A model generated the notes under the pieces. It was not told the origin of the DNA and made no database searches. It saw only the letters and a program-made list of their open reading frames with translations. Positions 51,834-64,000 of a stretch of 64,000 bases of DNA are shown in pieces. Origin of the DNA: Octopus vulgaris. Lineage: Eukaryota. The stretch covers positions 27,094,001 to 27,158,000 of the forward strand of contig OX597842.1 in NCBI GenBank assembly GCA_951406725.2. Reading direction: 5' to 3'. Positions within the stretch are counted from its first letter, which is position 1, and each line of letters opens with the position of its first letter. The translations under genes and the position numbers were made by a program.

Positions 51834-53366
51834 ATGGGAAAAAACGGGGCCAGTTTCCCGAGGAAGAACCTGGATTCTTTCTGCTCCTCATCGTCCTCTG
51901 TCGAGATTATAAGCGAAGAGAAGTTCTGTAAGAGGACGAAGAATTCTGCATCCTCGTCTCAGCCATTGCTGTCGGCATGTTCAAATTGTTACAAGGAGCG
52001 AACAAAGTCGACAGGGAGCCGGCGGCACAGGCGTCATAAACAGGTGAAGTCTAACTCGCCGATAATTATTTGCCTCAAAGACTCGTTAGATGCTGCCCGC
52101 AGGTTGAAGCAGAAGGATGAGAGGGTGTATGATAAAGATTGCCAAGCTTCTACAACGACAAGAAATATTATTACTACTACTACAAGGGACAATGTTGGTG
52201 CTGGTCCAATTTATTCCAGGTTCCAAGAAGACAAAGGTAAAAAACTCCAGGCCCTCTTGTCTGAGATAGAAAAGCCCAACCAAAACGAAGCTTGTGGGAA
52301 TATTGTAAAGAATCTAGATTTGGACACCGGGCAGTTGTGCTCGGCCTGCCAGAATTTGAACTCGTCCAGTCACGTACTTAACAATGCACCGCACCGCACC
52401 AGGCGTAACGAGCGGTCAAGTCGGTCGTTGCACCACTTTCAGCATAGCAAAGGAACGAACAATGTTGACGTGATTCGGAATGACTTATTTAGGGGTGATG
52501 GTCACGACGCCAACCCTGACTCGGAAGCTGCTGAGTACGAAGACACGTCTTCTATCTCTTCGAGCTCGGACAGCAGCAATGCATACGAATGCGACAGCAT
52601 GCCTCGTTCTAGAGGTAACTGCATGTCCATCCACGACGCACCTTGTTGCAGAAGGATACCCCAGAAAATAGCTTATGGGGACTCCCTTGAGAAATTGGCG
52701 CAATTCACCACTGGTGCACCTCTGTATTGTTATGGGTCGGGCCTGCAGTACAGGTGTTCTATGCAGGTGTCGAACCCCTGGTACCAGGAAGGGTACCACC
52801 ACAGCAACAACAGCAATCTGGAGGAGTACCAGTATCATGTCAGTAACAGAAGCTTTGAGGAGTACCCCTACGCTGACCATAATGCCAGAACCCCTCCTGC
52901 TATCGTCTCAGTCAGCGCAGAAGATGCAGGTCTGTCGTCGGACTTCTCGACAACCGACCATGATTCCAACAGGGAGTCGGAGTCACCGCTGACCAGTGTG
53001 GACGAAGGGGACGCCGACAGCAACAGTGAGATCGATAATAATCCGGACTCTGAAAACCACCAGTGCGTCGACTGTGTCTACGTTGATCTTACCGACACTG
53101 ATGTCACTTTCTCGGTTTACTACCATGAAAATCTATTCCAGCTCTACAACAGCTACAAGGAAAAAAAGAAACAGAGGAGGGCCGCTTCTTGGGCCATCCC
53201 CTCCTGGGGCACGCCGCTGGGCTTCACAAATGCCTCCTCGTCCTACTACCCTTACACCACCTCATGGCCGTGGCCCTATTGGTCCTCCATGTTCTTCCCG
53301 AACAGTTCGCTGCCCAAAACGGTGATGATACCCCCAAAAGAGCTAAAGAAATGTAAGTCAAATTAA
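51834..53366 (+). CDS. 510-aa orphan ORF, Ser/Asp/Asn-rich and probably disordered; likely a large coding exon spliced at 53352
   Basis: The only long non-repetitive ORF. GCCATGG Kozak context, upstream in-frame stop at 51738, GC-richer coding-like composition, consensus donor T|GTAAGT at 53352/53353. Confidence 0.75.
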   Translation: MGKNGASFPRKNLDSFCSSSSSVEIISEEKFCKRTKNSASSSQPLLSACSNCYKERTKSTGSRRHRRHKQVKSNSPIIICLKDSLDAARRLKQKDERVYDKDCQASTTTRNIITTTTRDNVGAGPIYSRFQEDKGKKLQALLSEIEKPNQNEACGNIVKNLDLDTGQLCSACQNLNSSSHVLNNAPHRTRRNERSSRSLHHFQHSKGTNNVDVIRNDLFRGDGHDANPDSEAAEYEDTSSISSSSDSSNAYECDSMPRSRGNCMSIHDAPCCRRIPQKIAYGDSLEKLAQFTTGAPLYCYGSGLQYRCSMQVSNPWYQEGYHHSNNSNLEEYQYHVSNRSFEEYPYADHNARTPPAIVSVSAEDAGLSSDFSTTDHDSNRESESPLTSVDEGDADSNSEIDNNPDSENHQCVDCVYVDLTDTDVTFSVYYHENLFQLYNSYKEKKKQRRAASWAIPSWGTPLGFTNASSSYYPYTTSWPWPYWSSMFFPNSSLPKTVMIPPKELKKCKSN

Positions 53367-53760
53367 AACTTTGTTAATCGTTATCATCATTAAAATGCCT
53401 AGTGGTGTTTCATCCACCTTTATGTTCTGGGTTCAAATTTCTCTGAGGTCAACTTTTCCTTTCAACCTTTTGGGGTCGATAAAATAAGTACCAGTTGTCA
53501 ATGTAATCGCTTTAATCCCTTCCCCTAGAATTTCTGGCCTTGTGCCAAAATTAGAAACCAATATATAAGAAAGTACCAGTTACATGCTGGGGGTCAATGT
53601 AATCAACTTAAGCCCTTCTCCTAGAATTTCTGGCCTTGTGCCAAAATTAGAAACCAATATATAAGAAAGTACCAGTTACATGCTGGGGTCAATGTAATCA
53701 ACTTAAGCCCTTCTCCTAGAATTACTGGCCTTGTGCCAAAATTAGAAACCAATATATATA

Positions 53761-54360
53761 GGCGTAGGAGTGGCTGTGTGGTAAGTAGCTTGCTAACCAA
53801 CCACATGGTTCAGGGTTCAGTCCCAGGCGCAGGAGTGGCTATGTGGTAAGTAGCTTGTCTACCAACCACATGGTTCCGGGTTCAATCCCAGGCGCAGGAG
53901 TGGCTGTGTGGTAAGTAGCTTGCTAACCAACCACATGGTTCCGGGTTCAATCCCAGGCGCAGGAGTGGCTGTGTGGTAAATAGCTTGTCTACCAACCACA
54001 TGGTTCCGGGTTCAGTCCCACTGCGTGGCATCTTGGGCAAGTGTCTTCTGCTATAGCCCCGGGCCGACCAATGCCTTGTGAGTGGATTTGGTAGACGGAA
54101 ACTGAAAGAAGCCTGTCGTATATATGTATATATATATATATGTATGTTTGTGTGTCTGTGTTTGTCTCCCTAGCATTGCTTGACAACCGATGCTGGTGTG
54201 TTTACATCCCAGTCACTTAGCGGTTCGGCAAAAGAGACTGATATAATAAGTACTGGGCTTACAAAGAATAAGTCCCGGGGTCGACTTGCTCGACTAAAGG
54301 CGGTGCTCCAGCATGGCCGCAGTCAAATGACTGAAACAAGTAAAAGAGAAAAAGAAAAGA
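53761..54360 (+). mobile_element. SINE family A with four tandem 65-bp tRNA-like heads
   Basis: Heads start at 53761, 53826, 53891 and 53956; only the last continues into the body. Confidence 0.85.
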
Positions 54361-54996
54361 TATAAGAAAGTACCAGTTACGTGCTGGGGTGAATGTAATC
54401 GACTTAATCCCTTCCCCCAAATTTGAAGCCTTGTACTTCCAGTAGAAAGAATGATTATTATTATTATTATTATTATTAGGTAGTGAGCTGGCAGAGTTGT
54501 TAGCACACCGGGCGAAATCTGTCTTTATGCTCTGAGTTCAAATTCCACCGTGGTCGACTTTGCATTTCACTCTTTCAGGGTAGATAAATTAAGTACCAGT
54601 GAAACACTGGGGTCGATGTAATCGACTAGTTTCATTGCTCCCCCTCCCCTCAAAAATTTCAGGCCTTGTGTCTTTAGTAGAAAAGATTATTATAATTATT
54701 TTAAAGCGGCGAGCTTGCAGACTCGTTAGCACACCAGGTGAAATGCTTAGTGGTATTTTGTCTGCCTTCATGTTCCGAGTTCAAATTCTGCTGAGGATCC
54801 TCTAAGTTCACATTCCTCCAGGGTCGCTTTTGCCTTCTGTCCTTTCAGCGTTAATAAATTATCAGTCAAGTACTGGGTTGATATAATTGACTTACCCTCT
54901 CCCCCCCAAATTCCTGGCCTTGTGCCTATAGTAGGTAGGATTATTATTACTATTATTATTGTATCACTGAGGTCAACTTTGCCGTTCATCCTTTTT

Positions 54997-55380
54997 CATC
55001 ATCATCATCGTTTAACGTCCGTTCTCCATACTGGCATGGGTTGGACGGTTCGACCGGGGGTCTGGGAAGCCAGGAGGCTGCACCAGCCTCCAGTCTAATC
55101 TGGCAGAGTTTCTACAGCTGGATGCCCTTCCTAACGCCAACCACTCCGTGAGTGTAGTGGGTGCTTTTTACATGCCACCGGCACAGGTGCCAGGCGAGGC
55201 TGGCAACGGCCACAATTCGGATGGTGCTTTTTACATGCCACCGGCACGGAAGCCAGTCGAGGCGGCGTTGGCAACGGCCACGATCAGATTGGTGCTTTTT
55301 ACGTGCCACTGGCATGGAGGCCAGGCGAGGCTGGCAACGGCCACGATCGAGTTGGTGCTTTTTACGTGCCACCGGCACCT
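54997..55380 (-). mobile_element. Family C copy inserted into a SINE B core
   Basis: (CAT)n tail, core and tandem units; SINE B core is split around it. Confidence 0.75.
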
Positions 55381-55478
55381 TTTTGGTTGATAAAATAAGT
55401 ACCAGTTGAACACTGGGGTCGATGTAATCTACTTAGTCACTTCCCCAAAATTACCCCCCCTTGTTGAAAAATCTGAAT

Positions 55479-55513
<35 letters not shown>

Positions 55514-55896
55514 TCCTCCTTGGCTAAGCCCTCATAAATTCCTAAGTTTTGCTTGAAAAGGAAGGCGAGAGGAAAAGAAGGAAGTGTTACCTCCCAGCAA
55601 GTTTGTTGAAAGATTAGTGAATGTGGGTGGCAAGAATGGTTTGAACGAATGCGTTTGCTCTAAGTATGTACCTGTGAATTGAAAGGAAGCAATATGGAGA
55701 GGGCACTTGCCCTGTTTGTCAGGATATCCATGGTTTTGTGGGGTTTTTACTGGCAGCCCTAGGAATTCTCTCCCTTCGCTGGAATTTATTTTATTGTTTT
55801 TTTACCCTTTACGCACTTCCTCACGTAACCCCACATTGTATTGTCCAGTATTGTCCCTGATGTTTTTTAGTGAACCCTTTGTGATGAATAAAGAAA

Positions 55897-56015
<119 letters not shown>

Positions 56016-58598
56016 AGGTGGCGAGATGGCAAAATCATTGGAATGCCACACAAAATGCTTAGTGGCATTTTGTCCATCATGGTTCTGAGTTCAAATTCTG
56101 TTGGGGGCTGACTTTACTTTTCATCATTTCGAGGTCAATAAATACCAGCTGAGTATTGGGCTCGATGTATTGGACTACCCCCTCCCCCCACATTTCAGGC
56201 CTTGTGCCTAGAGTAGAAAGGATCATCATCATCATCATCATTATTATTATTATTATTATTGAGTGGGAGAGCAGTTCATGCCATCAAAGTGACACTGGGG
56301 TAAAATATACGAAGCCCAGTATACCCATCATGACTACCCGTCTGATAAGGGTACACCAGGCACATGCATCACAACCATATGTGCGCGACATGGTGATCTC
56401 ATATCAAGATAAACAGTGCATGACCTTGCAGGTAGGGCCCAGTTAGAATTTTCTTCTGGTCGAGTAGCCCATCCCACTCAAAAGGTCCCATTATTATTAT
56501 TATTATTATTATGGCGAGCGAGCAGAATCATTAGGAAAGGCATCCAGCTATAGGAATCATGCCACCACTGGCAATTAGGGTCAGGACAGCCCCTTGTCAA
56601 ACCATCCAACCCATACAAACATAGAGAGCGCTTGTTTAAACAATGATGATATCCTAGCTCCTTGCATTTTAAGTTCAAACCCAGTTGAATTGCATTCTTT
56701 TCTCTTTTTTTCTCTTTTGATCTTTTTCTCTTTTTGTGTGAAATATGTTCACACCCTTGTGAGTAATAATTTTCCATTAAAAACAAATTGATATCATTAT
56801 GAGAACCTCGTCTGTGCACATTCCTGCTTTTGGGCCTTTGTGCAATTAGCCATAAAACTTACATCATCGATCTCGAAATTGCTGGTCTTGGAACAAATAC
56901 TAGCTTTTCCTTGTTTCAGTCACTGGACCGTGACCATGCTGGGGCATCATCTTGAGTGGTTTTAGTCAAATTAATTAACCCCGGTACTTCTTTGTTTTTT
57001 TCTCTCTCTGTAAATCTGATACTCGTCTTTTTCATTCTCTTTTGCTGAACTGCTAAGTTATGGGAGTCATAAACAAACCAACATTGGTTGACAAGTGCTG
57101 GAAATGATACACACACGACACATACACGCACACACCACACGCACACACACACCACATGCACACACACACCACACACACAGGCTGCAGCACAGTTTCCTTT
57201 TATCAAATTCACTCCCAAGGCATTGATCAACCCTGCAGGCAGAAACAGCCATGCTGGAGCACCATCTTGAAGAGTCTTAATCAAACAAATCGACCCCAGG
57301 ATGTATTTCTTAATCGTAGTACTTATTTTATTGGTCCCTTTTGTTAAAGCGCTAAGTTACGGAGATGTAAACACACCAACACCGGTTGTTAAGTGGTGAT
57401 GGGAGGAAACACAGACTCACACACTGATATATAATATATATATATATATATACAATGGGCTTCTTTCAGTTTCCATTTACCAAATCCACTCACAAGGCTT
57501 TGGTAGGCCCAAGGCTACAGTAGAAGGCACTTGCCCAAGATGCCTCACTGTGGGACTGAACCTGGAACCATTTGGTTGGGAAGCAAGCTTCTTACCATGT
57601 CAGTACCCATATATATAAACACTTGCAACAGGATGGATTTTACTAAAAGCATTCAAGGGTCCAGATGAAGGTTTAAATTTCACACTGTAAAGCAAATACT
57701 GTCCCCTATCAATGGGTTTTCAGCACGGTGTCTCCCTCTCAGTGTTGGGTCAGCTTGACCAGTAAGATATGTGTTTCACTTCAGAGTTCAGTCTTAGCTG
57801 ACATCTACACAACCCCCTTGGTCAATTGTAAATAAGGACCTGCAAACTGGAGCTGGGTTAGACCCGTAGTGTAGTGGAAGGGGACAAGCAGTACTTGTAA
57901 TTTAGCCCTTTAGCTTTTAGACTGATCAGATTAGATCTTTTAAATTAGGGGTTCTCGACCATTTTCTATCTATGGACCCCTTTGATTACTATTTTATTCT
58001 GGTGGACTCCTCAAAGCCGTTAAATATTTAACCCTTTGGAATTTAGACTGGCCATATCTGACTCAAATATTGTACCAGTATTATGTTCAACATGGCCATA
58101 TCTGACCTCTCACACCTACCCTACAATGTCATTCTAAAAATCAAGTTACCTCATCAAAATCTCAAAGCTACAAGATGATACACGATTAATTCAAAGCAAT
58201 GTGAATAAATAAGTCTTACTTTCGACAGAATAATCTGAATGGTAAATGGTTTAAACTGACCATATTTGGCCAAAATATTGTATTTGTTTTACGTTCAAAA
58301 TGACCAAATCTTGCCTCTCACACAAACCCTATCATATTCTGGAAATGAAAAATTGTCTCATCAAAATCCCAAAGCTATGAGATAATGCATGATTAATTCA
58401 AAACAAGGTGAATAAATAAGCATTACTTTTGATAGAATAATGTGACTACTAACGAGTTAAAAACTAGTTTTATTGAAAGTTATTTCCTAATTCCTAATTT
58501 TTTTTCACACATTAACTTGTGTAGGTTGAACTATGTAAAAACATCTGAGAAAGAAACCTTAGCTGTTTCTTGCAAAACATGCCAATACATACATTTAA

Positions 58599-60082
58599 CC
58601 CTTTCGTTATTGTATTTCTTTTGAGATGCTCTGTGTTTCTTTCAATTAATTTTAAATATAACAAAGAATTTAGTAAAATATCTTAGTTATCATTAAGCTA
58701 GTGTTAGGAACATAAATTGTGACTAAGGTTTGGTGGAAGATTTTAATTCAGAACTTATGAAAACAAGACATTTGTACTCAGAACCAGAGGTGGTTTCAGC
58801 CAGGTTGGTATCAAAAGGGTTAAGAATTGTTTCTCTATTATATATTTTAACCCTTTTGTTACCATATTTCTGTTGAGATGCTCTGTGTTTCTTTCAATTA
58901 ATTTTAAATATAACAAAGAATTTAGTCAAATAACTTAGTTATCATTAAGCTAGTGTTAGGAACATAAATTGTGACTAAGGTTTGGTGGAAGATTCTAATT
59001 CAAAACTTAAGAAAAAGAGAACATTTGTACTACAGAGCCAGAGCCGGTTTCAGCCAGGTTGGTATCAAAAGGGTTAAGAATTGTTTCTCTATCATATATT
59101 TTAACCCTTTTGTCACCATATTTCTGTTGAGATGTTCTGTTTCTTTCAGCTAATTTTAAATATAACAAAGAATTTAGTAAAATAACTTTGTTATCATTAA
59201 GCTAGTAATAGGAACGTAAATTGTGACTAAGGTTTGGTGGAAGATTTTAATTCAAAACTTATGAAAACAAGACATTTGTACTACAGAGCCAAGGCCGGTT
59301 TTAGCCAGGTTGGTAATGAATGGGTTAAAGCAAAGTCTTTTCAGGAGCCCTTAAAATACTATTGTAGGATCCCAAATTTACTATTTTGCTTGCATGAACC
59401 CCCTTTGGTTACTTTTTTTAAAAAATCTTAGTGGACCCCCATAGCTATTTTATGTTTAAAAACTAGTTTAAAGAAACTTCTTTCAAAATTCCTATTTTGT
59501 ATTTCACACATTAACCTGTGTAGGTTGCACTATATAAAATGTTAGAATATTTTCAGAGGCTCTTAACCCTTTCAATACCAACCTGGCTGAAACCACCTCT
59601 GGCTCTGTAGTACAAATGTCTTGTTTTCATAAGTTTTGAATTAAAATCTTCCACCAAACCTTAGTCACAATTTATGTTCCTTACACTAGCTTAATGATAA
59701 CTAAGTTATTTGACTAAATTCTTTGTTATATTTAAAATTAATTGAAAGAAACACAGAGCATCTCAACAGAAATATGGTAACGAAAGGGTTAAAATATATA
59801 ATAGAGAAACAATTCTTAACCCTTTTGATACCAACTCGGCTGAAACCATCTTTGGCTCTGTAGTACAAATGTATTATTTTCATAAGTTTTGAATTAAAAT
59901 CTTCCACCAAACCTTAGTCACAATTTATGTTCCTAACACTAGCTTAACGATAACTAAATTATTTGACTAAATTCTTTGTTATATTTAAAATTAATTGAAA
60001 GAAACACAGAGCATCTCAACAGAAATACAATAACAAAAGGGCTAAAATATATAATAGAGAAACAATTCTTAACCCTTTTGAT
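58599..60082. mobile_element. Array of piggyBac-type MITEs: three forward, two reverse plus a stub
   Basis: Units of about 221 bp bounded by TTAA-CCC...GGG-TTAA at 58599-58819, 58851-59073, 59105-59324 and, inverted, 59567-59788, 59820-60041. Confidence 0.85.
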
Positions 60083-61009
60083 GAAAGGCAAAGTCGACCT
60101 TGGCGGAATTTGAACTCAGAACGTAACGGCAGACGAAATACCGCTAAGCATTTCGCCTGGCGTGCTAACGATTCTGCCAGCTCGCCGCCTTCATCCTATC
60201 TTACAACCACCCTAGCTCCACTATCACTACCAAAAACTGTCAGTGGATTCAGTTCCCACTCTGACTATTCTGGGTCTATTATAACTACCAAACGACTGTC
60301 ACAAGTCCAGTACTGTCCTACAACCATTCTGGGCCTATTGTCACTATCAAACGGCTGTCAATGGGTACAGTTTCTAATTTATGACTGACCATCCTCAGCT
60401 TAGTCACACGAGGTGTTGTGAACATAGTTGAATTGGGGTTGAGGACGTTGTCACTTGTCTTTATGTCCATGTGTACATCAAAGATGGGGGCGGCTGTTCC
60501 ATGTAGATACATATGTATCTGTTTGTGTGAAAGAGGTCATTGTGTGTGCGTGTGTGAGAAGTGGAATGCTATAAATTCAAGAGTTCCCACAATGTATTTT
60601 TGGCGCAAATCCATTATGCGATTTTCAAGAAAAAAAAAAAGATGGAAAATCACAAAACGAATAGTGATTATTATTTTATGGTCAAAACCTCTTTTGACTT
60701 AATTTTAGCAAGGTATTAGGTGAAAGAGAAAACTGGGAGAAACAAAGAAAGAAATGAATTCTTATAAAACAAAAGGAAGGTAAAACAGCTGTTCTTCTGT
60801 ACTTTTTGGTCATACTGGAGCACCAACTTCGTAGTGTTTTACCGGGTCACTAAATTTTTTGTGGGGACATAAACAAAACGATACACACACACACCATTAG
60901 TTACAGTGTTGCTCCCTCACATTGTTGAAGCCATCAATTTGTGTTGCCCTGGTGTCTAGACAGGGCAGGTGAATACTCCCCAAGAACCAAACGCCAGTCA
61001 GTCACAGGG

Positions 61010-61393
61010 TTATACCTTTATTCTCTAGAAAAACGCCTCCGCCGTGGTGATCTCATTCTCGCTCACAACATCATAAGTGGAAAGTGTAACCTCTCGAAAG
61101 AGCTGTTCTTCACTCCTGCTCCAGAGCGTTGGCTGTGGGGTCACTCCGAAAAGCTCTATCTGTGACGATTTCATCTCAATCGAAGGAGAGGGGCTTTCTC
61201 TGTCCGGGTTGCGGATCCGTGGAATAAGCTGCCGGACGAGATAGTGAAGATGCCGACAACCGCTCGGTTCAAGGTCTCTCTTGACCACAAATGGCCTGAA
61301 CTCTTTGCATGAACACCCTCCCTGTACATAACTCCATGTCCCCCTACATGGCCTTGCTTTTTGCTTTTTGAGCCAAAAAATTAACTTAACTTA
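61010..61393 (+). mobile_element. CR1-clade LINE 3' end (second family)
   Basis: LYSLEKRLRRGDLI...GH..KL...AFSVRVADPWNKLP, short UTR and (TTAAC)n-like tail. Confidence 0.8.
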
Positions 61394-61531
61394 TACACAT
61401 TTACAGCTGAGTGGACTAAATGTAATGAAATGAAGTGTTTTGCTCAAGAACACAACTCATCATCCCACTTGGGAATTGAAACCATGATCTAACAATCATG
61501 AGTGAATCACTCGAACCACTTAGCCACACAA

Positions 61532-61689
61532 CTGTGTGGTAAGTAGCTTGCTAACCAACCACATGGTTCCGGGTTCAGTCCCACTGTGTGGCATCTTGGG
61601 CAAGTGTCTTCTGCTATAGCCCCGGGCCGACCAATGCCTTGTGAGTGGATTTGGTAGACGGAAACTGAAAGAAGCCCGTCGTGTATATG

Positions 61690-61722
<33 letters not shown>

Positions 61723-61923
61723 CTGTGTTTGTCCCCCTAGCATTGCTTGACAACCGATGCTGGTGTGTTTACGTCCCCGTCACTTAGCTGTTCGGCAAAA
61801 GAGACCGATAGAATAAGTACTGGGCTTACAAAAGAATAAGTCCCGGGGTCGATTTGCTTGACTAAAGGCGGTGCTCCAGCATGGCCGCAGTCAAAATGAC
61901 TGAAACCAGTAAAAGAGTAAAGA
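61532..61923 (+). mobile_element. SINE family A, slightly 5'-truncated
   Basis: Same family A sequence. Confidence 0.85.
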
Positions 61924-62882
61924 GCAAGTAATATCATCATCATCATCATCATCATATATATATATATATGTATATATATATATGTATAAATAAATACACA
62001 TGAACATACATGGTTGCATGTGTGTAGGTGTGAGGGTTTGTCTGTATTTACGGCTTCGTTTTCGCAAATAAATTTATCACATTTCATTTATATTTAAAAA
62101 TTTCATCATCTTTTTATTTTTGTTCTTTTTCCTTGATTACCGAACATGCACAACAAACGCACACTCACACCTTCCACACGCTGTTTATTCCATTGTTGTA
62201 AGCTCTGTGGCTACGTGCTGGCATATCATTGGCCAGTCGAGCAACTCCTGTAACGACCTCCTCCACCACCAACTCTCTCTCTCTCTCTCGTTTCCTCTGA
62301 CACACATCACTGCTAACGAGAACATGGAAGTTCACCCAGCTTGCAGATTTTATACCTGCTTATTACCTGTGTGCATTGTGGTGTGTATATTGTGTGTGTG
62401 TGTATGAGTGTATATATGTATGTCTGTATATATATGTATATGTATGAGTGTATATGTATTTATGTATGTGTTTATGTATGTATGTTTGTGTATATAAATA
62501 TGTGTGTGTATATATTTGTCTCTCTCTCTCTCTCTACACACATATATATATATATGTGTGTGTGTGTGTGTATATACGCCAGTGTGTGAATGTATATGTA
62601 TGCATGCATATATAATATGTGTGTTCAGAGGAATATATATATATATTTTTCTTGCTTCAACGATCATGTGCAATCTTCCTGGTACGCATGAGTGGACAAA
62701 TGTTAACTTTATAGACAGATTGAGTGTATATATTGACTGGAGCGACTAGGTGTAAATGTCCCATATTCAGTCATTGGGTGTTGGTCGTGGGTGGATAGTT
62801 GCTGTCTGTAGATGTTGAATGACAAGTCTCTCTCTACATTTTCACTGCATACAGAGACACGACACAGCATGTTGATACTCAC

Positions 62883-62932
<50 letters not shown>

Positions 62933-63347
62933 TGTATGTATGTATGTGTATATATATATGTATGTATGTATATATATGTATGTATGTATGTATATATATG
63001 TATGTATGTATATATATGTATGTATGTATATATATGTATGTATGTATGTATATATATGTATGTATGTATGTATATATATGTATGTATGTATATATATGTA
63101 TGTATGTATATATATATATATGTATGTATGTATGTATATATATGTATGTATGTATATATATGTATGTATGTATATATATATATGTATGTATATATATATA
63201 TGTATGTATATATATATATATGTATGTATGTATATATGTATGTATGTATATATGTATGTATGTATATATATATGTATGTATGTATGTATATATATATATA
63301 TATGTATGTATGTATATATATATATATATGTATGTATATATATATAT
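62883..63347. repeat. (TATG)n/(TA)n microsatellite
   Basis: Direct reading. Confidence 0.95.
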
Positions 63348-63558
63348 ACTCTTTACTCTTTTACTTGTTTCAGTCATTTGATTGTGGCCATGCTGGAGCA
63401 CCACTTTTAGTGAAGCAAATCGACCCCGGAACTTACTCTTTGTAAGCCCAGTACTTATTCTATCGGTCTCTTTTTGCCGAACCGCTAAGTGACGGGGATG
63501 TAAACACACCAGCATCGGTTGTCAAGCAATGCTAGGGGGACAAACACAGACACACACA

Positions 63559-63596
<38 letters not shown>

Positions 63597-63762
63597 TACG
63601 ACAGGTTTCTTTCAGTTTCCATCTACCAAATCCGCTCACAAGGCATTGGTTGGCCCGGGACTATAGCAGAAGACACTTGCCCAAGATGCCACGCAGTGGG
63701 ACTGAACCCGGAACCATGTGGTTGGTTAGCAAGCTACTTACCACACAGCCACTCCTGCGCCT
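63348..63762 (-). mobile_element. SINE family A, full length
   Basis: Same family A sequence. Confidence 0.85.
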
Positions 63763-64000
63763 ATGTATAAAATACTACAATTAGCTGTCGTTTTTGAAGG
63801 CATAGGGTCAGCTAATTGATTTGTATATCACATGACTGACCAGGCTATCAGATGTTGTTATACATCGTTGGTCATAGTGTACTTCTTGCATTGTTTTAGC
63901 CTCGAAATTAGGCCACCCTCCTGGCTATGCGTGTGACATAGTGGGTTAGGCCATTGCACTCACGATTGCTAGATCGTGGGTTCGATTCCCTGAGTGGGCA

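Noticed and set aside
51834-51854. N-myristoylation signal MGKNGAS
   Set aside because: Lys after Gly is disfavoured and there is no Ser at position 6; too weak to call.
53761-53825. tRNA genes at SINE heads (also 5900, 27453, 50812)
   Set aside because: They continue into SINE bodies and lack a complete cloverleaf with acceptor stem.
62709-63515. ORFs rich in Y/I/H/T or C/V/M (also 21.7, 25.5, 36.5 and 37 kb)
   Set aside because: Microsatellite translations.

Overview
Eukaryotic, AT-rich and densely repetitive DNA. The SINE, RTE and microsatellite content resembles an octopus (coleoid cephalopod) genome; that assignment is by recognition only. Most of the window appears to be intronic sequence of a + strand CCR4/CNOT6 deadenylase gene. 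Two LRR-region exons are recognisable: about 4593-4824 (partly overwritten by CR1 3'UTR sequence) and 19733-19831. I found no nuclease-domain exon. The following intron holds a CpG-retaining, TE-poor promoter-like zone (about 44.8-50 kb) and a 510-codon orphan ORF (51834-53366). That ORF has a strong Kozak ATG and a consensus phase-1 donor near its end, the same phase as the donor of the last LRR exon. It is therefore a candidate alternative first or cassette exon, giving a CCR4 isoform with a long disordered, Trp-tipped region in place of or after the LRR. The rest is tRNA-derived SINEs, CR1/RTE/R4-type LINE remnants, Helitrons, hAT and piggyBac MITEs, a Merlin remnant, Penelope-like pieces with hammerhead ribozyme motifs, TE-seeded satellites and microsatellites. 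Nearly all other ORFs in the track are repeat artefacts.
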